From Klebsormidium nitens (taxonomy: Eukaryota > Plantae > Klebsormidiophyceae): DNA of 51,086 nucleotides. The translations under genes and the position numbers were made by a program. Location of the stretch: NCBI GenBank assembly GCA_000708835.1, contig DF237566.1, forward strand, positions 1-51,086, read 5' to 3'. Below, piece after piece: positions 24,501-35,745 of the stretch (position 1 is the stretch's first letter; each line of letters begins with the position of its first letter). The notes beneath the pieces are model-generated. The model ran no database searches, was not told the origin of the DNA, and saw only the letters and a program-made list of their open reading frames with translations.

Positions 24501-24589
24501 ACGACATTACGGTCTTGTGCAACCCGGAAAGCATTCTCATGGTTGTTAAAGACGGCCGCATAGAGCTAGATCGACGGCGAAAACAGTGA
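21504..24589 (+). CDS. Metal-dependent amidohydrolase, Xaa-Pro dipeptidase/prolidase-like subgroup, 5 exons
   Basis: VLPGFCDAHVH, GFTTVRDAGG, ALSQTGGHGD, IKIMASGGV, CAHAY, SIEHGN, LVPTL, FGSDLLG and GAYADLVVV occur in order on GT-AG-separated exons. Confidence 0.93.
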
Positions 24590-26243
24590 TATGGTTGAAC
24601 GGATTGGTTGATTTAGAAGCAGAAAATATCGATTGTTGGCGCCCGCAATATCCCGTTTCTTCGGCAGATACCGACGATGCATGCCTTTTCGAAGATGAAA
24701 TCAGTGACCGCTTGCCACGAAATATATCAAGCAAGCTTTGACTCCCGCATCACGCATGCCGTGCTTGCCAGCGGCCCTGATCCGAAACCCTTTTGTACAA
24801 ACGCGTTCCTTCGTTCTCTCAGCGTAAGTTGCGCAAAGTAGGTCAATTCGCATGATGTGAGGAGCTTGGTACTAAGATCGGACGCCACGACCGGGCGGGC
24901 ACGGTAACATGCCTTTTTTAACGCCTAATCATGTACAAGCTGCTCCACACTGTAGCCGGAGGAAGTGCATAATTCCAAACTTGAACCGAATGGGTCTACA
25001 GTTTCGATCTTTCAAGCTGGCTAGCCTCGAATCGTATGCACATGTCCGCGCATGTGCAGCTCAGTGCACCTCGCTGCTGACTCTAGGTGTGAAAAGATGG
25101 TTCATGCAATTGAATTGGATGTGCAGATCAGATCTGCCTTTGAGCGTACTAGAGCTGCATGCTGGCACATGATCCATGATGCATGATTTCAACTGTAGCA
25201 TCACAATTTGATTCAAAGCACTTGCATTGTTTCAATATTGCGCCCGGGGCAATTGAAACATAGCATGGCTCGGCGCGGGAGTCCACCGTCATGCAATCAT
25301 TATAATTAAACAGATCACTTCATGTACACTACTCTCCGACGACGTACTAAGATTGCAAAAGCGCTGTAGGTCGGCGGCCGGATAACTTGAAACATATATA
25401 TGATGGCCGCGAGCTGCGGCCGGGCCCACATTTGCACAGAATCCGCCGTTTGGCCTGGCGGTTCAAAGGTGATCTCTTATGCATGCAGTATCAAGTTCGG
25501 CCGTACGTGCATCCTAGCTCTTGAATGAAAGCTAATAGATATAGATCCCGCGCGCTAGTGTGCATAGATTTTGCCACTGAGGCATACGCAGGTTGAATTG
25601 TCAATCGATGTTGGTGACTGAGGCTAACTTCAGCCATGGCGGGACAGCTGACTTAGCACTCGACATATCTTTATAACAAGTCGGTGGACTTGAGCATATC
25701 GCCTCGACGAAAATGTTAACATGTGAATATTGGCGACCAACCGGAGAATCCTGGTTGCAAGTAGCTTTTTGGCGCCTCTAATGCAGCTCTGTATGCCCAC
25801 TCTGATTGAACTGACAGTCGGCTCACGTACAGCCCAACATGCATTACGATGCAAGAGGCTGGAACCACTGGACAAAAATACAGCGACAGTGAATACTCCA
25901 AGGAAGGAAAGACCAGGCTGCACCAGAAACATGGTCTGAAACTACATACAGTAGAACACCAAAACAATCAGGCACTTTCGCTGAACACATTCTGAGGCTT
26001 ACACATACGGCGAGGATCCAAAGCTTTGCACTTGTTGTCCCACGTCCATCTTGCTGCACCTTGTACCAGCTTCGAAGCAGCTCAAACAGCCAACAGTCCG
26101 GTTCATATGTACAGGCACAATACTTGGGTCGTTCCCTTTCTTAAGCCCCTCATTCTCTGTCGTTCGCGGCAACAACCCGAGTCGCAAAGCGGCGCCCCCC
26201 CCGACCCGTCCGAGCTGCAGGCCCCGCAAGGCGTGTTGCTCGA

Positions 26244-29200
26244 TCAGACGTTGAACGACGACACCTGCGCGGGCGTGGCCACCACCAGCGGCGCTTCCGG
26301 CGACGCGGCCCCGAGGAAGCTGTCGTGCATGAACTTGCTGTCGACGATGGACTCCGTCTTGGGCACGATCTTGTAGCAGTAGCACGTCTTGACGCCCGTC
26401 TGGTGCGCGTAGCACTCGTGGCCCGACTGCTTCACCCGCCGGAAGTTCCACACCACCGAGTACTGCCCCACCGTGGCCACCAGGTTGCGCTCCTGCGCGT
26501 CCGCCTCCGTCACCCACGAGAACTGCCCGTTGCGGAACTTGTGCCCCGGCCCCGCCGCGTGCGCGTCCACCGGGTTCAGCTTCAGCAGCCGCGGCGCCGC
26601 AATCTGGGACCCCGCGCGGCCCTGGAAGGCGTTCTTCTCGCGGCCGTCCTTCTTGTCGCGGTAGATGGTGCTGATCAGCATCAGGTACGTGTCCGTCGTC
26701 GCCAGGATCCACCGCCCGTCGTACGTCACATCGATGCTGCAACAGATAAGATGCGGCGAAAATATTACAACAATGACAAGCTCGAGGTTGGCCGACTTGT
26801 CCCGTTGCTTAAGGAAAAGGATGATTGTCTTTCGAAGAAAATTGGACATCCGCGAACGAGGCTTTAGCTTGCCAAATAAGCCCGATACAAGAAGCTGACC
26901 CCAGCTCAACCTGGGACCCAGGCAGCAACTGACGATGTGCAACCTCTTCGGACCCAAGTTCTTAAGCACGTTAACTCAATTTCCTCGGAACAGAAGGCTC
27001 GCGAAGTATCCGCCACACGACACTTCGACTCGTGAACAACTCCGCTGAAGGTCCCAAGGCATTCTCCAATAGCAAAGGTAAAATGTCTTGACTCTGCCCT
27101 TGCTTAGAACGAAGTCTGATTTTGCAAGAAAGGCAAGAGACAGATTGGCTCCGTTTGCTTCTATGTGGAAGCAAACGGACAGAAGGCACGAGTCACTGCG
27201 CAGCCCGTTTCGTCTTTGTGGCGGGGCGTGCTGCGGGCCCGCTCACCTGGTGACGGGCGAGCCGAGGCCTGGGAAGGCCGTCTTGGCCTGCCGCATGCTG
27301 GTGGTGCCGTAGAGGCGCACCTTGCCGTCCACGCTGCCCACCGCCACAAAGCCGTCCCCCGTGGTGGCCATGCAGTTGAAGTTGGTGCCGCGGCTGAACT
27401 GGTGGCCCTCCGACCAGTTCAAGGTCGGGGACGCAATTTCCTGCAACCACGAGCAGTGATGATGATTAAGGAAGTTGGGTACATGAGACCTTGCACAAAC
27501 CCCTGTGCGGTTCAGTAGCCTGTTTGACTCAATGGGACGATTGGCTTTAAAGCCCAAATCTGCAGGAGCAGCATCTCTTTCTTGAAGATTGTAACAGTAT
27601 GGAAGCAAGATGATTCGCGAAATCACAAGTCAGCCCCACTGCGAGGATCTTCTCGACAAAGGGTGTGAACAGGGCTCTTTTGATGAGTCCGCCAACTTCG
27701 AGCAAGTTTTATACGTTCTTCGGAGAGCAAAACCACTCCCTGCAGCCTAGTCTTGGCTTTCCAGTTTGTTTAGATTTTTGGCCAGATTCGAGAGAACAGA
27801 AGGTCTCTGTTGAAACAGAATTGCTCTGTGTAAATCAAATGCTGGAGAATAATGGGAAAGAGACTTTGCTTGGATACGGGGAAACCCCCTGGAGGTGTTC
27901 CAAAAGGTGGGCGGCGCACCTGCACGATGCCGTTCCTGTCGCGCATGTCCCAGCGCACGAGGCGGTTGTCGTCCAGCCCCATGAACGTGGCCCTGCTGCT
28001 GTCCAGCTGCGCGGCCTTGGTGTCGTTGGTGATGTCGCGCATGCCGATGTCCACCCCGTCCTTGGCAAACTTCCACTCCGCCACCACCTTGCCCGACTCA
28101 ATGTCCAGCTGGTGCACGCTCGACGCCTGCACGACATCCACGGACAGTGTAAGAGAGGTCAGCGCAACAGGCCACCCGCAAGACTGCAGGGCGGAAGAGA
28201 TTCAAATGGGCGTAGCTGCAAGATCCTCGCATGAGTTTGCTATGGGCTCTTCACAAAAACTGATGCACACAAACAGCAGAGTGCCAGCGTTAAGGTGGCG
28301 CTGACAGCTGCAGTACAAAAAGGATGTACCCTTCACATGGATGACCTATCTTCAGGACGCATGATGCCCCAAATAAGCGAAAGCTCGTACCAGATCACAA
28401 GCCAATTTTTACCTGTATACAGCCCACACTCTCATAAGTAATACAACATCATTCCAACACGTCAAGCCGTTGCCCCACTACTTACCAGGGCACCCAAGCT
28501 ATTGCACTCACATCAATTCTTTTGAGGGTGGTGTCCATTCATGGTAAAACGCCAACAAAGCCCTTGGAGGGCGCATTGGTCAATCAAGGCAACTATGCTG
28601 TGAGAACGATCAAATTTGTACAAAGTTGTGTACTCAATCAACCCTCAATCCACCCACCTGTAGAGCCCCCTGCTGCGGACTCAGCAACATCATGTTCGTC
28701 TCTCCCCTCATCAGCATCGCTTTCCTGGGGGTCATGTATCCTGGGGTCGTCGGGTACTTGATGGTGATGTCATCAGAATCAATGCCCTCCCTCATGTTCC
28801 GGAACACGTCCAAGCCCCCCGAGTGCAGCACGTAACTCTTGCCCATGGCCCCCATGGTCAACATCTGAGCGGTCCGCCCCGGGGTGGAGTTGGTCCGGGT
28901 TTCTCGGAGGCGCCCTTGAGGGGGCGGCGTGCTGGGCTCTTCCTCTGCATAGTCACATATGTATCGTCAAGAGCAGAAGGAGCGAAGCAGATGGCCAGCT
29001 CACACATGGCCCGACCGAACTTACTTTTCACACTTTTTGAGCAGGATTACGGACATGACGTCCAGGAGAAGGCAAGAAAGACAAGGGCACCCGCAATTGT
29101 ACACGCCCTCCCATTGGGAGAAAGCTTGAAGGTGGCTCCGTCAGCCAAAGAAAACCCGGACCAAGGATAGAAGATGGGACACAAGCTCAAGTGTGAGCAG

Positions 29201-29879
29201 GGTTCAGACAATAATCCACCTTTTGAGGTTCCGCGAAGTATGCACTTGATCCAATTTCAACGAGAAGTTCAGGAAAGTTTAAGAATTACCCCTGGTGCAA
29301 GGCTGGTAAGGTGGTAAACTTACCTGCGTCAAACATCATCTCGTCCGCATCCTGCCCCTTCCCAAAGGCCAGTGCATAGTCCTGACCAAAAACTTTGGCC
29401 TGGTTCTCTGTTGTTAGCTCCATGCCGTAGTTGTTCTCAAACAGCGCTGCCTCGTACTCAGCCACAAACTCTTTGTAGTCTGCTTCTTCCTTGAAGCGCA
29501 AAGCCCAGACACCATTGGCAACGAAGTCCACCCTCTTCTGCTGCGGATTGGACTGCAGGTTGAGCTCATTTGACACCGCGGCCAGCACTTCCCTCTTTCC
29601 CACGGCCAAGTACCACACCCTGTCCCCGCTGCCTGCCTCCTCCTCCTCTCTCTCATCCTCCTCCTCCTCATCGGACCCCTCCCCACCTTCGAGCAAGAAC
29701 CGAGGGGTGACTGAGGGATTGACAAGCGCCCACTTCCCCGTCTGCACCCCACCAGTATGTTGGTACAACTTTGCCGTTCCTACCGGCGCCTGCTTCTCAG
29801 GCGTCACAGTGACATCCCTCTCCTCGTCATAGTCCTCCCCCTCAGGAAGGTTGTTGTCCTGGCTCTGATTTTGTCCCAT
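26244..29879 (-). CDS. VID27: VID27/CYPRO4 family protein, at least 5 exons
   Basis: MGQNQS start (possible myristoylation), acidic N-terminus, [110 protein letters not shown]. Confidence 0.92.
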
Positions 29880-31291
29880 GATGCTGAATGCGTCTGCGCA
29901 ACTCGCAAGTTGGACAACACGCTGGCCCCTTTGTGCCTGCACGACAAATGGTCCCTGCCCCTGAAACAAAACCTGCGTGAAGCACGCTGGTGTCTACCTC
30001 CTCTCGCCTCGTCGCCGTCACCCAGCCGCTCCAATCACACACCCGGGCCTTTCACAATGCCATTGCAGCCACCGCCCCTTTCAGTACCGTTGACACCCGC
30101 GTTAACATCATCCACAATCAGAAGAAGTTGCAAGCTAGAGTTGGTTGATCTCAATGCTCATGCAGTGCAAAAGGCACCCGCAGTGCGCACAAGCGAGTCC
30201 AGGTCATTCTTCAAATGTAAGCCGTCGATGATGATTTCGGCGCGACGTTGGACCGTCACGATGATCTGCATCCAGTTGGAGCATACAAATCCCCACGCAA
30301 CAGCTGGGGCTCACCGTCGCGAGCCCAGTCCGCGGACTTGCAATGCACAGCTGGCTCCGTGGTAGACGATGCCAACATGAATGTCAGAGATAATGGCGGA
30401 ACATGATCACTGTGACATTTTCAGAATACCTACATCTGCACCATTCAAATGATTGAGAGCCTTTGGTAACATTGTGTGCGCGGCGAGCGCATGCACTGGG
30501 AGGGTACTGGGACCTGACAAACAGTTCTGCTTGCGAGCCCGGCGTGCCTCAAAAGTGCGAAATCTCATACTCAAACCAGTCAAAGTACGCGTGCTTCTAG
30601 GCTCCATTTCGAAGCACCACAAATGTTATACGGGTCACTCAGATTTAATTTGGTTTCATTAGTAGCAGGCTACGACATACGTACATAAGAAATCTACAAC
30701 CAATGCATCTTTCCATAAAGACTTCAGCACGAGGGTCGAGCTGGACCTGCACCTGATACGACAGCGAGCTGGTCGGGAACATTGCATTCAAGTATTCAAT
30801 GACACAAACCGGACATCCTCGTGGGTTTGCCCTAGTCAACAACTCCCGTCCGTGCCATTACTTGCCTGGCAGAATTTTGGTCGAAGCTGCATTCCATTGC
30901 TGCACAAAGGTCGAATCCGGCAAGGGATGCAACCACAGTCTCTGCATATCGTGCATTTCAGACATCCGAGGGTTGGCGGCGAGTTGCAAGAAACTGGGTC
31001 CTTACCTCCGTATGCTCATTGGCGCTTGTGTGACGCAGGGGACGTACCACCGGAACATCATGAAGGACCGTAATCCAAACCAATATCCTGCGCAAATAGG
31101 AGCAAATTGTCAGACATGAAGCACCTCGACCCAAAAGGTCGTGCAAAAACGGCGGCTGTTCCTGCTGCCTGCAAAGCAGCCGTCCACATTGCCACTCTCG
31201 TTTCATCAAGCCTAATCACCTCTGAAAGTGGAAACGAGATGCACATCACAGTCCACAGCGCTCCCGCAATGCCGGATGCTGCACTCACCTG

Positions 31292-34200
31292 CTACGAGTC
31301 CCCACTTCCTTCGCCTGCCTGCGAACAGCTCTCCACCTCGACGATGAGTTTTCGGAAGCTCTCAAAGATGGCCCGGTTGTCCAGGAAGCATGCGGCTCCG
31401 CCCCCCCGCCGCCCTTGGCTCATCTGCCGGTTCATGTCGCTCAAGCAGACAGGGGGAGCAACGCGGAACAGCCCGGCGGACAGCCCCGAGGGCGACGCCG
31501 AGTGCTGCACATCGGGGCGGGTATCGAAGCAGACAGTCAGGCCAGGACAAGTGGCGCTTTTGACACAGACACTCAGCAAGTGTCTTGCGGCAGTGTTTGC
31601 ATACAACGTTTGAGCTTTAAGCAGGACTCGACCGGGCAAGAACCTCCACAATCTGTCTGCCAAAAGTCAAGCAGTCGCCACATGATACACTTCGGCTTGG
31701 TACACTTTGGCGCCAACGTCGCAACTGATGCGGCTGAAGCAATCAGCGGAACGGGTCGAACGGAACTGGGTTTGCTACAGCGGACTCGGTCGTGACTACC
31801 GGTCACGTCACCCATGAAGGCAGTCAGGATTTGGTACATATGTTGTTCGCCGACGGATCTCAGCGTCGGTGTAGCAACACAAACAACTCGTCTGTTATGA
31901 CCACTGAATTCGTCGGATCCGAACGCCCAGCGCTCGAAACCGGCCACCGACACTCATGTGACCTTTTTGCTAAAGCAGATTGTCTGTTCGTTTGCCGCTC
32001 ATACCGCCCAACACTAATCGATGTAGATGCCCATCAGACGATTTGAAGGACAGCGACGAAGGGTGAGGAAACGACAGCGTCAAATCCATACATGTTCATC
32101 ATCGGCAAGGGAATTGGAGCATCAAAGTATCTGGTTCTTTTCAGTGGATATCCACGTGATATCAAAGTCTTCTAGCAAGCATCCTGGAAGCCAGCTCTGG
32201 CACGTATCAAGTCAGAAACACCGAGTGGAGTAAGGAATACTCCCCAAGCGTTCCTGGATATGCTCGGGCGTGTGCCGCGAAACCACGCCAGGCGCCCGAG
32301 CCATCTTCTGGGTGCGAGAGCAGTTCGCCCGCAGTGGGCAGGTAAGCGGACGGGGCCTCACCTGGTCAGCGGTGACGTCAAATGGAACCCCCCACTTGGA
32401 GTGGTCCGCATGAACACCCCAGCTCCCTGCCAGCAGAGAACGATAGTGGGTGTTTCAAGAACAACCAAAGCACGGACGGCAAGTCGGTAAGCAAAGGAGA
32501 CATGCTGGCTTTGAAGGACACACTGCATGTTTCCAGATTCATCCAGGCAAGAATCAAAACGGATCCGATAAAGTCCTTGAGCTTCGACTTTGATACTTTT
32601 CTGGATTGCAAGCGGTTATCAATAAATGACCCGTTGGGTTGCCCTGTCTGGAGTCAAGCCTCCCTGCCAGAGAAGCTCCGCGGGTCCCGCCTCACACATG
32701 GGGGCCGCCATCTCCGCTTCCGGCACAGCGACCTGCTTGACAGTGAACGAGGGGAAGCGTGTCCCGTTGCAGCCCGAGGGTTGCGGTGCCGCCTCCCCGT
32801 TCTGCCACGTTTCCCAGGCCATGGGCAGCGCGAAGAAAGGCTCCACCTGCGGAATAACAAACCGTTGAGCTGATGGGCCGAAACCACGCGGTTAGAGGCT
32901 CTCGGCCAAAACTTAAATTTCCATCACCTGTTTGAAAACCATTTCTGCTGAGGAAGAAGTGTTTGAGTGCTGCAATAATGATTTAGATCAGAGAAGGCTT
33001 TATCCCCTGAATTGTAATTTCGACATGTCTTGCTTGAATTTTCACAAGTCCCTTGACAACCGAAGTCGGGATTCGCCAGCCCATAAGGTAGACATGCAAT
33101 GCTAACAGAACAACCTTCCAACGGTCTCGAGAGGCCTGTCAGAATCTGCTCATATTGGCCATCACGCTTGCGTAATGCTTCCCCGTTTGAAACAAGGATG
33201 TGTGTGATACCCGCTGGTTTTGAATTACTCGGCCCACAGATCCGAAAACTGCCACACAAGAGCAACCAGATTTTTGATCTCCACAGACGCTCCGATTCCC
33301 TGAACAAGTGAACAAACCCGGTAACCTCACCAGTTGCTCGTAGAGCCAAATTGGCCATTTATATACGGTCGGCCTTTTTGCAAACAGGGCAAAGCTTTGG
33401 CCTCCAAGAGAGCGCACGATCTGGCCTCGCACCCAGGGGGGGGCCTTGCTGGAGCGCGCCATTCGGTGGGGCCCAAACGAGATGAGGCGCTGCACGTGCG
33501 GGTACAGCGCCTGGGAGGCAGCCGCAAGCCGGGCCGCATAAACCCACACGCCTGACGTCCCAAGAACACGGCCAACAAGATCTAGCTGCTCTTGATCTGT
33601 GCGAAGAACGAGTCAGGTGCGTGTAAGAGTTGAAGGGCTTGAAGACTCTCCTCGAGAAGCAGTTGATGAAAGCCTCGCTCTTGCAATCCACTTTCAATGG
33701 TTGAAGGAAGAGGCACATACTTCAGAACCTTGCCCGACGAGGCGACTAAGGCGGAATTGATGGTACTCAAAGGAATTGATGAGTAGCGTTTGCAAACCAA
33801 TTTTCAAGCGGAGGTACTGCCTTAAGCGATATGCAATGCCAGCTTCAAGCTACCTCCTGGAGCTGGTCTGAGCTTCCACCCCAAAGCTCTGGAACTGCTC
33901 CTCCCTGGCCCAACGAATGAATACTAACAGACTCTACAGTTTAAACAGAGCGCGCGCTGGCAGGCTTGCACTCACCCAAGGATACACATAGCATGCTCTG
34001 GCCGTACTTGAGCTGTGGGGGGTGGATTCCGCGGTAGGGGCCGTCGTGCGGGTGGCTTGGCGTCTTGGGGATGCTGTGGGTCAGCCAGAAGCCGCGCTGG
34101 GGGCCAAATCCCAGGACCCCCTTGGCGTGTGCGCCCCACCCCCAGCAGTGCGCAGGCTGCCCCGTTATATCCGGGTACTCGTCGGAATACATCACATAAC

Positions 34201-35283
34201 TGGTATTCACCTAAAGAGAAAGGAGTGGTTTCGCCCACAGTCATCTGCCTCTTCAGTGGTTACACTGACTTGTGAGGGGGAAGCAAAGAGATGCAAAGGT
34301 TTTCTGAGGTTTTCTGAATCTTGATTTGCCCTCTGCTTGATGGAATTTTGCCAGTTCCACAGATTGCTGGTCCCTCAAGTTGCTCCAAGTGGAACATGGG
34401 AGATTTATTGAGGGATAGAATGGCACCCATGTTGATCCAGTCATCTATGCACGCGCTGAACAAGCGACAGTCTTTAAATGGCAGATTTTCACCTGGTTCG
34501 CATACAGCGGCAGCAGTGTCTTTGCCAGAGGCCCTTCTCCCTGCGCAGCCAGGCCCGCTGCGATGGCCCACTTGTAGCCCCCCGCAGGCCCTGTGGCGCA
34601 AGGTTGAGGTGGGGAGAAGGTGCTGTCAATGTACGCGTAGTGATCCCCGTTCGGAAGCTTGAGAACGACGAACCAGTCAACAGGAGCCCCATCAGCACTC
34701 CTGCAGGTGGGGGGACTCTCCAGCTGGTGCGCTTCTGCATGGTGCACCGAGGCTCAGGGGGCGTGCAAGGGCCTGGGACAACCTGCCCATGCTGGTCTTC
34801 TCACTGCTTCTCATGGATTCCCTGTCGGAGCAATTCACGGGGTATTCACCACCACGGAAGACCCCACCGCAGTCTCAGCAGATGTGCTGTCCAGCAACCC
34901 AGAGCTGCATGGAAATGTTGGGGCAGACACACGCACTTACCCTGGTCCTGGTAATCGCCTGCAGCTTGGTCTGCTGCCAGCCAGCTTGGGTTGCTCACTG
35001 ATGGGTGAGGAGGGTTCGCACGCAGGGGGAGAGAAGAACCAAGGGGCACCTCCACGTCTGGCGGCAACAAAGTCGGAGAAAGGTCAGCGATTAAACTATG
35101 ACCGCTCCGCCCAGGCTGTGGCTTGAAGACATCAGCTGGATGCAGCTGCATCGCAGCTCGAGTAAGACTTATGATGCTTGTGTTGGATATCCTAAAGAGC
35201 AGGTACAGGAACAGGATGGAAAGAAGGGATGCACTGCAAAAGCTGCACATCTTGAGCTTGTGACCCCCCTCTGGTGCCGCCAT
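31292..35283 (-). CDS. Deoxyribonuclease II (PLD superfamily), multi-exon, with an N-terminal hydrophobic anchor and stalk
   Basis: CRSADGAPVDWFVVLKLP, HAKGVLGF..GFWLTHSIPK, YGQSMLCVSL, FALFAKR, DHSKWGV and CLSDMNRQMSQGRRGGGAACF occur in order. The first exon (35283-34942) is the least certain part. Confidence 0.9.
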
Positions 35284-35745
35284 TGTAATCTGCTCACTGC
35301 TAGGCGTGCAGTACAGATCCTGCATTGGCTGCAATCAGCCAGTCGATCCATTGCAATTTGCAGCTGACAAGCTGAGCTGACGAAGGGGAAGGCATGGTAA
35401 TAATAATGTAGTACCGTCACTGTTGACTGCGACATCATCAGTGTCAGTGTGAGCCTGTTTCTCAATCAAGTTAACCAACGGTTTCAGGGCTGTAAATGTA
35501 TCTGTCACAAACATGAACAGGGCACTCGCTACAGCACTGGCAGCCGCACCCCGGTTTTCGACCGGACCTCATCAATCTTGTAGCAGGTGCACGAGCTTTG
35601 ATCTGGGCAGCAGAGGCGACATGCAGTCATTCAAGCGAGGGGCGACGCTGTTGATTCTTGTATTGTGGCCCGTGGGGGCGTTCCTGCCCTCTCCTTGTTT
35701 CTGCGTTGTCGTCTCAGGGGCGTGCTGAGAGGCCACACCGTCACG

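Noticed and set aside
29757-30365. 202-aa minus-strand ORF overlapping the VID27 start
   Set aside because: It is out of frame with the conserved MGQNQS start and is probably 5' UTR.
31107-31613. ORF starting MKHLDPKGRAK, reminiscent of the MoaC N-terminus
   Set aside because: The similarity ends after about 10 residues, and the ORF is antisense to the last DNase II exon.
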